DNA of 64,000 nt from Bacteroides sp. SM23_62 (GCA_001303955.1 LJUP01000001.1:20328-84327), one strand, 5' to 3'. Positions 37,312 to 47,667 are shown, numbered from the stretch's first letter. Notes: generated by a model not told the origin, from the letters alone. Numbers and translations: made by a program.

Positions 37312-38742
37312 ATGATCTGGTCAATTTCATGGAAGAATGTATGGCGTAACAAGATCCGCTCACTTGTGGTGATTGTGGCATTTACCTTCGGCATATTCGG
37401 AGGTGTTTACATGGTAGCAGTATTTTATGGCATGATTGATTCAAGGGTAAAGCTGGCCATTGGCAATGAAGCTTCCCATATCCAGGTGCATCACCCCTCG
37501 TACCTGGATAACAATGAACTGAAATATACCATTGACGATTATCAAAAATATGTGGGTCAAATTGAAAATATCCCGGAAGTCAAAGGCGTAAGTCCAAGGA
37601 TCAAAATCCTGGGCATGGCCAGCACATCGGGAAATGCCTCAGGGGTGATGATCAACGGGATTGATGTTGACAGGGAAAGGCAGGTGACCGGGATCGATGA
37701 ATCACTGGTTGAAGGCGGGGGATCTTTTTTTGAAGAGGATGGAAGAAAGCCTATCGTCATTGGTGAAAAACTGGCAAAAACACTCAAACTGACTTATTAT
37801 AAAATAACCGCCGGGGACCTGGACAGGCTGTCCGATAAAAAGAATATGCGAGCTGTCCTGCCCCTGCTTGACTCCCTTAGGGATAAATCCTTCAGGACAG
37901 AGGCTGATTTTGAAAAGGCCCTGTCAGGATTGCTGGGCAAATCAGAAGCTGAGAAATACTCATTCCATATCAAAGCAGCATCCATTAAATACAGGCTCAA
38001 AAGAAGGATCGTCCTGAGTTTTCAATCGCTGGATGGCCACATTGCCTATGATGCCTTCCGGGTAATAGGGATTTACAAAACAGGCAATTCTGTATTTGAC
38101 GGCCTGAATCTTTTTGTCCGTATGTCTGACATAACCCCTGTTGCCAGTTTGCATTCAGGTCAGGTTAACCAGCTGGCCATCCTGCTGACATCGGTAGAAC
38201 ATGATGACCAGGTTGCTGAGATGGTGAAGGACATAATGCCTGGAATGGACGTGCAGACCTGGGATGAGATCATGCCTGAAGCCGGCATGTATACCTCGAC
38301 CATGAATTACTACCTGTTCATTTTTATGATCATTATCCTGCTGGCCCTGGGTTTTGGTATTGTGAATACCATGCTGATGGCCGTACTGGAAAGGATCAAG
38401 GAACTGGGTATGCTCATGGCCATAGGAATGAACAAGAAAAGGGTTTTCAGCATGATCATGCTGGAAACCGTATTCCTGGGTATGACCGGAGCTGTCATCG
38501 GAATGGCCATCAGCTATGGCCTGATCTGGTATACCGGCAGTACGGGACTGGACCTCACATCGCTCTACCAGGAAGGATTTGAAGCCATGGGATTCAGTCC
38601 CATGATCTACCCGACCATCGGTTGGGAGTCTTTCATCCAGCTGATCTTCTTGGTTGTATTAACCGGGGTACTTGCTGCCATCTATCCGGCAAGGAAAGCC
38701 ATGAAGCTGAATCCTTCAGAGGCTTTGAGAATTGATATGTAA
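37312..38742 (+). CDS. ABC transporter permease, FtsX/MacB/LolC-E type (second paralogue, larger periplasmic loop)
   Basis: WKNVWRNKIRS, one TM helix, a ~290-aa loop, and an FtsX C-terminal 3-TM bundle ending PSEALR. Confidence 0.88.
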   Translation: MIWSISWKNVWRNKIRSLVVIVAFTFGIFGGVYMVAVFYGMIDSRVKLAIGNEASHIQVHHPSYLDNNELKYTIDDYQKYVGQIENIPEVKGVSPRIKILGMASTSGNASGVMINGIDVDRERQVTGIDESLVEGGGSFFEEDGRKPIVIGEKLAKTLKLTYYKITAGDLDRLSDKKNMRAVLPLLDSLRDKSFRTEADFEKALSGLLGKSEAEKYSFHIKAASIKYRLKRRIVLSFQSLDGHIAYDAFRVIGIYKTGNSVFDGLNLFVRMSDITPVASLHSGQVNQLAILLTSVEHDDQVAEMVKDIMPGMDVQTWDEIMPEAGMYTSTMNYYLFIFMIIILLALGFGIVNTMLMAVLERIKELGMLMAIGMNKKRVFSMIMLETVFLGMTGAVIGMAISYGLIWYTGSTGLDLTSLYQEGFEAMGFSPMIYPTIGWESFIQLIFLVVLTGVLAAIYPARKAMKLNPSEALRIDM

Positions 38743-38755
38743 TGGGATTAAAATA

Positions 38756-39445
38756 ATGATCATGAAAGTAATAGAAATTGAAAATCTGGAAAAGATCTAT
38801 AATGAATCTGAGATAAAAGTCCACGCTATCAGGGGCATAGATCTGTCATTTGAGGAAGGGGAATTTGCAGCCATTGTCGGTCCCTCAGGTTCAGGCAAAA
38901 CCACCCTGCTGAACATGCTTGGTGGATTGGACAATCCAAGCAAAGGAAAGATTACGATTGGGGGAGTTGATATCAGCTCATTAAAATCATCCGAGCTGAT
39001 CAATTTCAGGCTATCCAATATCGGATTTGTTTTCCAGGCCTATAACCTGATTCCCGTCCTTACAGCAAAAGAGAATGTTGAGTTCATAATGCATCTCCAG
39101 GGAAAGTCGAAAACAGAGAGGGATGCCAGGACAAAAGAACTGCTGGAGTCCGTGGGATTGGGTGACCGGCTTGACAGCCGGCCTTCGAAACTGTCAGGCG
39201 GTCAACAACAGCGGGTGGCTGTGGCACGTGCATTGGCCTCCAAACCAAAGTTTGTGCTGGCCGATGAACCTACGGCAAATCTTGATACCGAAGCTACCGA
39301 GAACCTGCTGGATATCATGGAAAAACTGAACCGTGAGGAGAACATCACCTTCATCTTTGCCACCCATGACGCACGTGTGATGAAAAAGGCCCGCAGGGTG
39401 ATCACCATCGAAGATGGTAAAGTCCTGTCAGATGAGATAAAGTAG
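38756..39445 (+). CDS. ABC transporter ATP-binding protein (LolD/MacB-type)
   Basis: Walker A GPSGSGKTT, Q-loop, signature LSGGQQQRVA and Walker B FVLADEPT. The start could be 38756 or 38762. Confidence 0.92.
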   Translation: MIMKVIEIENLEKIYNESEIKVHAIRGIDLSFEEGEFAAIVGPSGSGKTTLLNMLGGLDNPSKGKITIGGVDISSLKSSELINFRLSNIGFVFQAYNLIPVLTAKENVEFIMHLQGKSKTERDARTKELLESVGLGDRLDSRPSKLSGGQQQRVAVARALASKPKFVLADEPTANLDTEATENLLDIMEKLNREENITFIFATHDARVMKKARRVITIEDGKVLSDEIK

Positions 39446-39452
39446 AAGTTAC

Positions 39453-40625
39453 ATGCAAAAGTACTGCCTGTATATATTCCTTATTTTGTCTTCATCACTG
39501 ACTGTTACAGGCCAGGAAAAGAGCCCTTCCTTTGAACTGAAAGGTTACCTTTCAAACATGCAGTCTGCAATGTTTGAAGATCCCAGCGAGGATTGGATCA
39601 TCGATAATCTGTTCCATAATCGCCTGAATTTTTTCTGGTATGGCGGTCAACATTTCAATGCCAGCATTCAGTTCCGGAACCGGCTGATGTATGGTGAAAC
39701 CCTTAAACTCATCCCTGGATATATCGATAATGTAGGAAAAGAAGACGGCCTTTTTGATCTGTCCTTCAACCTGCTCAGCGGGGAGTCCTATGTGTTGAAC
39801 TCAACCATTGACCGTATCTGGTTTCAATATACAACAGAAGGGTTTTCGTCCACACTTGGAAGGCAGAGGATTAACTGGGGACAAACATTTGTTTGGAATG
39901 TCAACGATGTGTTCAATGTCTATTCCTATTTCGATTTTGACTATGAGGAACGCCCAGGTTCGGATGCAGTGCGCCTGCAGTTCTATCCAAATTATACCTC
40001 AACCATTGAATTGGCAGTTAAAATCGACAGCGCACATAAGGTCACGGCTGCTGCCAGGTACCGTTTCAATGTGTTTTCATATGACATACAATTACTGGCC
40101 GGGATACTGAGTGAAGAAGATTATCTTGGAGGCATTGGCTGGTCTGGCAATATCGGTGGTGCAGGATTCAGGGGAGAAGCCAGCTATTTCCACCCCAAAT
40201 ACAATTTCAGGGATACCTCGGGAATGTTCATGAGTTCTGTGGGCATCGATTATACCTTCCCCAATACCCTGATGCTCCAGGGTGAATACCTCTATTCGAG
40301 CAAGCCTTATACCTCTTTGTACGGAATCCTTGATTATTATAGCGGACCGCTGACAGTAAAGCAGCTTGCCTTCACAGAACATACTATTTTCGCCTCCGGT
40401 TCCTATCAGATCACTCCGCTCTTCTATGCTTCCCTGTCCGGCATGTATTTCCCTAAAATGAAAGGATATTTCATCGGTCCCAACCTCTCCTACAATATAC
40501 TTTCCAATTTAGACCTGGCATGCTTCCTTCAATATTTCAACGTGGAGCAGGAAAGTCCCATTACCGGTAGTAAATCCCGCCAGCGGATCACCCTTTGGTT
40601 CCTGCGCCTGAAGTGGAGTTTTTAA
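39453..40625 (+). CDS. Predicted outer-membrane beta-barrel protein of unknown function, last gene of the ABC cluster
   Basis: Signal peptide, an amphipathic beta pattern rich in aromatic residues, and a C-terminal beta-signal ending in Phe (RLKWSF). It starts 7 nt after the ATPase stop. Confidence 0.65.
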   Translation: MQKYCLYIFLILSSSLTVTGQEKSPSFELKGYLSNMQSAMFEDPSEDWIIDNLFHNRLNFFWYGGQHFNASIQFRNRLMYGETLKLIPGYIDNVGKEDGLFDLSFNLLSGESYVLNSTIDRIWFQYTTEGFSSTLGRQRINWGQTFVWNVNDVFNVYSYFDFDYEERPGSDAVRLQFYPNYTSTIELAVKIDSAHKVTAAARYRFNVFSYDIQLLAGILSEEDYLGGIGWSGNIGGAGFRGEASYFHPKYNFRDTSGMFMSSVGIDYTFPNTLMLQGEYLYSSKPYTSLYGILDYYSGPLTVKQLAFTEHTIFASGSYQITPLFYASLSGMYFPKMKGYFIGPNLSYNILSNLDLACFLQYFNVEQESPITGSKSRQRITLWFLRLKWSF

Positions 40626-40723
40626 TCATTTTCGTCAATGGTATAATGGTTCTTGCCTGAAAGTTGGAATTGACATCCTGATTTTAAATCTTTGCTTTAT
40701 TGTAAATCACTATACCAGCCGAA

Positions 40724-41179
40724 ATGAAAAAAATATTCATGCTCCCACTGGTTCTTTTCTGCCTTAGTTTGGTAACTTTAATGGCCACCAATCCGCCGAA
40801 AACAATGAATGAGCCCCGGCAAGAAATGAATGAGGAAAAACCTGCGGACCAACTGCTGATCGTGTGGACGAGCGGTGATCCGGATGTCGCCCATAAGATG
40901 GTGTTTATGTATGCCTTTAATGCCAAAAAGAATGGTTGGTGGGAAAATATCAGCCTGCTTGTATGGGGACCATCCGCCAAGCTTAGCAGTGAGGATAAAA
41001 ACATCCAGGCCACCCTGAAAAAAATGAAGGACCAGGGTGTTGAATTGCTGGCCTGCAAAGGTTGCGCGGATCAGTATGGAGTATCTTCCAAACTGGAGGA
41101 ACTGGGGATTGATGTCAAATACACGGGTACCTACCTGACTGATTTTATCAAATCCGGTAAGAAGGTGATTACCTTCTGA
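40724..41179 (+). CDS. DsrE/DsrF-like family protein with a signal peptide
   Basis: LLIVWTSGDPDVAHKMVFMYAFNAKKNGWW...LLVWGPS...LLACKGCADQYG is the DsrE-fold pattern. N-terminal signal peptide present. Confidence 0.7.
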   Translation: MKKIFMLPLVLFCLSLVTLMATNPPKTMNEPRQEMNEEKPADQLLIVWTSGDPDVAHKMVFMYAFNAKKNGWWENISLLVWGPSAKLSSEDKNIQATLKKMKDQGVELLACKGCADQYGVSSKLEELGIDVKYTGTYLTDFIKSGKKVITF

Positions 41180-41292
41180 TCAACAGGACAATGCCTGCAT
41201 CAGCATAATTGCTGAAAGCATCTCTTGCAGTGATGGATACCCTTACCCCGGGGATAAAAATTTGTTATATTAGCATCTTTATTTACCCGGTA

Positions 41293-42870
41293 TTGAAAAA
41301 AATATATCAAATATTTCTTGTCGCCTTTCTGTTCGGACAAAACCTTAATGTTTTTGCCGGTGCCCCGGTATTCAGATACCTGGATAATGGGGATTTTGAC
41401 AAGCTTGATTCATATCTGGCAGATCATGATATCAATGCCGTGTATGGTGACAGCGCCGTCACATTGCTGGTATACTCCATACTTTACAATAAAAACAGGG
41501 TAACCTATTACCTGATCGAAAAGGGAGCGGATGTCAATTTGTTTGTCAATGGGAAAAGTCCCCTGATGCATGCGGCCTCGAAAGGGAATAAGCAGAAAAC
41601 AGCCATGCTGGTATCCCACCAGGCTGATATCAATGCACTGGATTCAGCACTTAATACATGCCTCATTTATGCGGCCCGTCATGGAAGCCTGAAAACGGTA
41701 AAATACCTTGTTCGCCACGGGGCTGCGCTTAACCATAAAAACATATACAGGTCTACAGCATATGATGAATCGGTCACTTATTCCCATATCGAGATTTCAA
41801 AATATCTGCGGGATGAATATGTGAAAAATTTACCAGATTTTCATGATGGTCCCTATGTCAGTTGGAAAGGTCAGCGAAGGATAAAGGCATTTTACATGGT
41901 CCATGATTCAGCCAGGCGTATGACATTCAAGCACAAAGTTAACTTCAGGGCTGAATCCAATCCTTTCTTAATGAGGGGGTTTTCACAGGACAGCCTGGAA
42001 TACCTGATCAGCAAACAACGGGAAATACCCGCCGATCAGGTTCAGGGGGTGAAGCAAATCATGGTTATAGGCGATATCCATGGGGGTTACGACAGCCTGC
42101 TTGTTTTCCTGCGGAGCAACGGGATTATTGATCCCGGATTAAACTGGACATGGGGGAAGGGTCACCTGGTTTTTCTGGGAGATATTTTTGACCGCGGTCA
42201 TAAGGTGACAGAAGCTTTGTGGTTGATATACCGGCTTGAGTATCAGGCAGCCAAAGCAGGTGGAGCTGTTCACCTGATCCTCGGTAATCATGAGATCATG
42301 GTCCTGAACCATGAAGTGAGCTACGTTGCGGATAAATACCTGTTAATGACCGATAAATTAAACATGTCCTATGCGAATTTGTTTAGCAAACAAACCATCC
42401 TTGGACAATGGCTTAGATCAAAAAATACCATTCTCAAGATCAATGATTACCTATTTGTACATGCCGGATTATCGCTTGATTTTATTGAAGTTGGATTCAC
42501 ACTACATGACATCAATAACCACGTCAGATTTTTTCTCAACTACCCGAACAGGGAATCCCGCGGGGAAGTAAACCGAATTACCATCATGGGTAAAAATGGA
42601 CCTTTCTGGTACAGGGGCTACCTGGAAGATAACCATGAATACAAACACTTGCCTGAGGAAGAATTAAGTAAAATCCTTTCGGCGTTTCAGGCAAGCAGTA
42701 TTTTTATAGGACATACAAATGTTAAGGAGATCACCCCGCTGTATCAATCCAGGGTTTACGCCATGGATGTTCCTTTTTATTCTAATGAAGTCAATATGCA
42801 GGGCATTACGATTGAAAACGATGTTTTCTACCTCGTAAATTCATCAGGGGACAGAAAGGAGTTTCAATAA
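41293..42870 (+). CDS. Secreted ankyrin-repeat protein fused to a PPP-family (calcineurin-like) metallophosphatase
   Basis: 3-4 ankyrin repeats (SPLMHAASKGN..., TCLIYAARHGSLKTVKYLVRHGA). All PPP motifs are present (GDIHGG, GDIFDRG, GNHE, HAG, GHT). A TTG start at 41293 gives a clean signal peptide (KKIYQIFLVAFLFGQNLNVFA). Alternative starts are 41209 and 41233. Confidence 0.82.
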   Translation: MKKIYQIFLVAFLFGQNLNVFAGAPVFRYLDNGDFDKLDSYLADHDINAVYGDSAVTLLVYSILYNKNRVTYYLIEKGADVNLFVNGKSPLMHAASKGNKQKTAMLVSHQADINALDSALNTCLIYAARHGSLKTVKYLVRHGAALNHKNIYRSTAYDESVTYSHIEISKYLRDEYVKNLPDFHDGPYVSWKGQRRIKAFYMVHDSARRMTFKHKVNFRAESNPFLMRGFSQDSLEYLISKQREIPADQVQGVKQIMVIGDIHGGYDSLLVFLRSNGIIDPGLNWTWGKGHLVFLGDIFDRGHKVTEALWLIYRLEYQAAKAGGAVHLILGNHEIMVLNHEVSYVADKYLLMTDKLNMSYANLFSKQTILGQWLRSKNTILKINDYLFVHAGLSLDFIEVGFTLHDINNHVRFFLNYPNRESRGEVNRITIMGKNGPFWYRGYLEDNHEYKHLPEEELSKILSAFQASSIFIGHTNVKEITPLYQSRVYAMDVPFYSNEVNMQGITIENDVFYLVNSSGDRKEFQ

Positions 42871-42882
42871 TTTTTACTAATT

Positions 42883-42905
42883 TGGAATGAATCAATTCCA
42901 TTTTT
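42883..42905 (+). terminator. Weak rho-independent terminator
   Basis: TGGAAT-gaatca-ATTCCA (6-bp stem) followed by TTTTT, 13 nt after the stop codon. Confidence 0.45.
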
Positions 42906-42963
42906 GTTGAGTCCATTTATCATCTAATTTCTCCAAGTTGTTTCCTTTCCAGAAATTTTATAA

Positions 42964-44040
42964 ATGATGAGATCAATCCATAAAAGTACTCTGGCGTCTC
43001 TGTTACTGCTGTTTTTAATATGCCCGACCAGTTCATTCTTCTGGCTTGATGCGCAGGATTTTTTATCCATTACGGGTGAGGAGCCGACGTTTTTGTTCCA
43101 GTCAGATGAACCGTTGTACCTTACCCTCAGTATGGATGTTAAGACAGTCATTCGTGACAATGAGGAAAAGGAGAACCATCCGGCAGAAATCAGCTATACC
43201 GACCAGGAAGGGAATGAAATTAAACTCCCAGTGGAGATCAGGGTGCGCGGAAACTTCAGGAAAGATCCTGTCAATTGTGATTTTCCTCCCCTCCGATTGA
43301 ATTTTTCCGACACTACTGTAATAAACACCGTTTTCGCCGGACAGGATAAGATCAAGCTTGTTACACATTGCCGAACACGACAGGATTTATACGAACAAAA
43401 TGTACTCAAGGAATATTTAGCCTATAAGTTGTATAATCTTTTTACAGAAGAAAGTTTTCGTGTCAGGCTGGTGCACCTGACCTACGCCGACACCAGGGGT
43501 AAGATTGATACACTTGAAAAAATGGCATTCCTGATAGAACCAAATCAGCAAATGGCACGTAGGAATGGTTGTGAGATCTTAGAGGTGAAAAGGATTCAGC
43601 AGGAGCGGACCAACAGGCATAAGATCAATGTATTGTCTGTATTTCAATTTATGATCGGAAACACTGACTGGTCAGTACCGGCCCTGCATAATGTCGTGCT
43701 GTTAAAGGAAGATTCTACGGACCTGCCCATCGCTGTTCCGTATGACTTTGACTGGTGCGGAATGGTCAATTCACCTTATGCAGTACCGGCAGAATTCCTA
43801 CCCATTGAGTCAGTAAGGACCAGGTTGTACCGCGGTTTCTGCAGACCGGATGAAGAAGTACAGCTGGCCCTGGATGAATTCAGGCAACGTAGGGATGAGA
43901 TTTACCATACCTGCAGCAGTGTGCCCTTTTTAACTGAAAAGGAATTGAACAAGACCATAAAATACATGGACCAGTTTTTTAAAACCATTGAGAATCCGAA
44001 TGCGGTTGAATTAGCATTTCATCGAAATTGCCGGGAATAA
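42964..44040 (+). CDS. Secreted hypothetical protein, possibly a CotH-like (atypical kinase fold) protein
   Basis: Signal peptide. By-eye resemblance to the CotH family: RVRGNFRK...PPLRLNF, VLKEYLAYKLYNLFTEESFRVRLVHLTY, MAFLIEPNQQM, FMIGNTDWSVPALHNVVLL. The family assignment is not verified. Confidence 0.6.
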   Translation: MMRSIHKSTLASLLLLFLICPTSSFFWLDAQDFLSITGEEPTFLFQSDEPLYLTLSMDVKTVIRDNEEKENHPAEISYTDQEGNEIKLPVEIRVRGNFRKDPVNCDFPPLRLNFSDTTVINTVFAGQDKIKLVTHCRTRQDLYEQNVLKEYLAYKLYNLFTEESFRVRLVHLTYADTRGKIDTLEKMAFLIEPNQQMARRNGCEILEVKRIQQERTNRHKINVLSVFQFMIGNTDWSVPALHNVVLLKEDSTDLPIAVPYDFDWCGMVNSPYAVPAEFLPIESVRTRLYRGFCRPDEEVQLALDEFRQRRDEIYHTCSSVPFLTEKELNKTIKYMDQFFKTIENPNAVELAFHRNCRE

Positions 44041-44067
44041 TAAAAGGTATTATATATAAACCAGGCA

Positions 44068-46206
44068 ATGAGTCTTAATCCATCAAAAAAGGAACTTCTT
44101 GAAAAGATCCAGAAACTGGAAGAACAGATCAGTCTGTTAAAATATACTGGTTCCCTTGATAACCTGGGTTACCTGATAGATGCCTTCAAACACAATACCA
44201 TGATCCCCGGGAAAATGTTCCAGATGATCCTGGATCATATCCCCCAGCGCATCTTCTGGAAGGATACTGAATTTAAATACCTGGGATGCAACAAGTTGTT
44301 TGCACAGGATGCCGGTCTCGAGGATCCGGCAGATATCGTGGGTAAGACTGATTTCGAGCTTTCATGGAAAGAATCGGCAACGCTTTACAGAAAGGATGAA
44401 AAACAGGTTCTGAAATCAAAAAAACCCAAGCTCAGATACCAGGAAACGATAACAGATTCCAAAGGAAGGCTTATGTGGGTAGAAACGAACAAATTACCCA
44501 TGCTGAATACCGAGGGAGAAGTGATTGGCATCCTGGGTACTTACGAAGATATTACTGAACGTAAGAATGCCGAACAAAAGATCCAGAAACAATCAGAAGA
44601 GATCCAGGAAAAAAACCTTGTGCTGAAAAAACACATACAAGAATTAAAAGAAGCGACAACGGATTTAATCCAATCCCAGAAAAAATTAAACAAGGCACAG
44701 GAGATTTCACTTTCAGGGAGCTGGTCATATAACCAGAAGACCAAAGAACTGGAATGGTCTGACCAGGCATACCGCCTGTTTGGCTACAATCCGGGTGAAC
44801 TGGTCATTACCGAATCTGTTTTTTTATCGCTGATCCATCCGGAAGATAAAGACGAATTTTTATCGGCACTTAAGTTAACCATGGAAAGGAAGGTTCCATT
44901 CGATCTTGAATTAAGGATAATCAATGCGAATGGAAAAATGATGTATATGCACGCTGTGGGTGGAATCATAACAGACAGCTGGACGAATTCCAGCTCCTTT
45001 GAAGGCCAGTTCAGGGATATAACCATCCGTAAAAAAGCTGAACTTGAATTGATCAAGGCCAAAGAAAAAGCAGAAGAATCGGACAGGTTAAAATCTGCCT
45101 TCCTGGCAAATATGTCACATGAGATCCGTACACCCATGAACGGGATCATAGGTTTCTCCCAGCTATTAAAAGAAGAATCCCTGACTCCGGAGAAAAGAAA
45201 TGAATTTATTAACATCATTGCCAATAACGGGAAGACACTGCTTCACCTGATTGATGACATCATTGATCTTGCCAAGATAGAATCAGGGCATATGACCATA
45301 GAAACTGTTCCCTGCCGCGCCAATTCTATCATGTCAGAGTTATACCAGCAATTCCTTGAAATATTGCAAACCAAAGAAAAGGAGCACCTGGAACTTCAGT
45401 ATTTTGTGCCCGATGAACAAGTTGACGTGGTGACTGATCCCAACCGCTTAAGACAGATCCTTTCAAACCTGCTTGATAATGCCATAAAATTTACAGAAAA
45501 GGGATTTATCCGGTTTGGATTTGAAATCAATGAAGACAAATACCTGACTTTTTATGTGAAAGACTCGGGAATCGGCATCCCTGAAGAAAAGAAACTTTCC
45601 GTTTTTGAAAGGTTTCGGCAGATTAACGAATCATACAACAGATTGTATGGTGGTACGGGCCTGGGTCTTGCCATATCCAGGAACCTTGCACATATGATGG
45701 GCGGGGAACTCTGGCTTGAATCGAAAGAGAAGGTTGGAACCAGTTTTTACCTTTCCCTCCCATATATAACGATCCCGGTAAAACCTGACACCATTCCAAA
45801 AGCAAAACAAATTACCAAGATACCCACCGGTAGCTGGAAAAACAAGACCATTCTGATAGTAGAGGATGAACCACTCAACCTGTTTATGCTTAAAGAATTT
45901 CTCAGGCCGTCGGGCATCCGTATCATCCATGCAGGAACAGGGGATGATGCCGTGAAACTTTATCATGACAACAAGGATATTGATGTCATCCTGATGGATA
46001 TCAGGATTCCCGGTATGAATGGATACACTGCAACCAGGGAAATTCGAAAGTCTTCCAAAAAAATCCCGATCATCGCACAGACTGCATACGCCATGCAGGA
46101 GGACAAGAAAAAATGCCTTGAAGCAGGCTGTAATGATTTTCTCAGCAAACCCCTGAACAAGGAATTGTTACTTCAGAGTATTTTAAGGTTCTTAGGACCA
46201 AAATAA
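44068..46206 (+). CDS. PAS-domain hybrid sensor histidine kinase / response regulator (cytoplasmic)
   Basis: Two PAS/PAC modules, an H-box (ANMSHEIRTPMNG), a HATPase domain (DSGIGI, GGTGLGL) and a receiver (ILIVEDEP...VILMDIRIPGMNG...KP). Confidence 0.9.
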   Translation: MSLNPSKKELLEKIQKLEEQISLLKYTGSLDNLGYLIDAFKHNTMIPGKMFQMILDHIPQRIFWKDTEFKYLGCNKLFAQDAGLEDPADIVGKTDFELSWKESATLYRKDEKQVLKSKKPKLRYQETITDSKGRLMWVETNKLPMLNTEGEVIGILGTYEDITERKNAEQKIQKQSEEIQEKNLVLKKHIQELKEATTDLIQSQKKLNKAQEISLSGSWSYNQKTKELEWSDQAYRLFGYNPGELVITESVFLSLIHPEDKDEFLSALKLTMERKVPFDLELRIINANGKMMYMHAVGGIITDSWTNSSSFEGQFRDITIRKKAELELIKAKEKAEESDRLKSAFLANMSHEIRTPMNGIIGFSQLLKEESLTPEKRNEFINIIANNGKTLLHLIDDIIDLAKIESGHMTIETVPCRANSIMSELYQQFLEILQTKEKEHLELQYFVPDEQVDVVTDPNRLRQILSNLLDNAIKFTEKGFIRFGFEINEDKYLTFYVKDSGIGIPEEKKLSVFERFRQINESYNRLYGGTGLGLAISRNLAHMMGGELWLESKEKVGTSFYLSLPYITIPVKPDTIPKAKQITKIPTGSWKNKTILIVEDEPLNLFMLKEFLRPSGIRIIHAGTGDDAVKLYHDNKDIDVILMDIRIPGMNGYTATREIRKSSKKIPIIAQTAYAMQEDKKKCLEAGCNDFLSKPLNKELLLQSILRFLGPK

Positions 46207-46321
46207 GATTTTCGCTGCCGTATTCCCTCAATTTTTTGTGATCCACCCAGTTTTTTCGGTACCCGTACCCATCGGTAATGATTTTAAGTTATTTTTGAGA
46301 GTCAATCAGAAAATCATTTTT

Positions 46322-47665
46322 ATGAAAAAGAAAAACATTCTCCTGGGTTTTGTTACCCTGTTTGCCTGTTTCAGTCTTGCGGATGCTCAGATTAACCATA
46401 TCGAATTTCAGGAATTTACCCTGGATAACGGCATGCACATCATTCTGCACCAGGATCATTCAACCCCCATTGTTGCCATTAATATCACCTACCATGTGGG
46501 ATCAAAAAATGAACAAGCGGACCGGACCGGGTTTGCGCATTTTTTCGAACATCTTATGTTCGAAGGATCCGAACATGTTGAACGGGGAGAATTCGTAGAA
46601 TATGTCAAAAATGCAGGAGGTGTGTATAATGCAGGAACTTCCTTTGACTATACCCTATACTATGAGATACTTCCTTCAAATCAGCTTGAACTGGGACTCT
46701 GGCTTGAATCCGACAGGCTGATGCAGCTCGGAATAGACAGTGTGGGAGTGGAAACCCAACGCAGCGTGATTAAGGAAGAACGGAGGCAGATATTTGATAA
46801 CCAACCCTATGGTTCACTGACCGAGGAGGTTTTCTCGAATTCATTTAAAAAGCATCCTTATCGATGGGTTCCCATTGGAGATGTACAATATATAGACCAA
46901 GCAGAACTACATGAATTTATTGAATTCCATAATCACTTTTATGTGCCGGAAAATGCAGTACTGGTAATATCAGGGGACATTGAATATGATCAGACCAGAA
47001 AACTTGTAAAAGATTATTTTGGAGAAATCCCCCGGCACAATCATGAAATTTACCGGCCCGATATTAATGAACCACCACAAACAAAGGAAATCAGGAAAAC
47101 CGTATATGACAACATCCAGCTTCCTGCATTGATTGCAGCATACCGTGTGCCTGGCATGGGAGATCCCGATTCATATTCCCTGGAAATGCTCCAGACCTTG
47201 CTGTCTGGTGGTCAGAGTTCACGCCTCTACAAGTCCCTGGTGGACAACAAACAAATGGCTGTTCAATTCGCAGCCCAGCCTCTGGCACTGGAAGATTACG
47301 GTGTTTTCATCATATATGGTTTTGCCAACATGGGAGTGAAGCTTGAAGACCTGGAGGCAGCCATGGAGGAGGAGATCAAAAAGGTTAAAGAATCAGGATT
47401 GACAGACCGGGAATTCCAGAAACTGCAGAACCAGATGGAGAACGATTTCATCAGCCGTAACACCACCATGGCAGGGATCTCTGAAAGCCTGGCTACTTAT
47501 CACACCTTTTACGGAGATGCTAACCTGATCAACACGGAAATCGAAAAATACCTGGCGGTCACCCCTGAAAACATCATCGATGTGGCTAAAAAGTACCTGG
47601 TACCTGAAAACAGGGTGGTCCTTTATTATTTGCCCAAAGAACAAGAACCTGAAAGCATTAACTAA
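46322..47665 (+). CDS. M16-family (pitrilysin/insulinase) zinc peptidase, active subunit
   Basis: Inverted zinc motif HFFEHLMFEG (HxxEH) and a signal peptide. The ATG at 46322 (MKKKNILLG) is preferred to the track start at 46238. Confidence 0.9.
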   Translation: MKKKNILLGFVTLFACFSLADAQINHIEFQEFTLDNGMHIILHQDHSTPIVAINITYHVGSKNEQADRTGFAHFFEHLMFEGSEHVERGEFVEYVKNAGGVYNAGTSFDYTLYYEILPSNQLELGLWLESDRLMQLGIDSVGVETQRSVIKEERRQIFDNQPYGSLTEEVFSNSFKKHPYRWVPIGDVQYIDQAELHEFIEFHNHFYVPENAVLVISGDIEYDQTRKLVKDYFGEIPRHNHEIYRPDINEPPQTKEIRKTVYDNIQLPALIAAYRVPGMGDPDSYSLEMLQTLLSGGQSSRLYKSLVDNKQMAVQFAAQPLALEDYGVFIIYGFANMGVKLEDLEAAMEEEIKKVKESGLTDREFQKLQNQMENDFISRNTTMAGISESLATYHTFYGDANLINTEIEKYLAVTPENIIDVAKKYLVPENRVVLYYLPKEQEPESIN

Positions 47666-47667
47666 TC

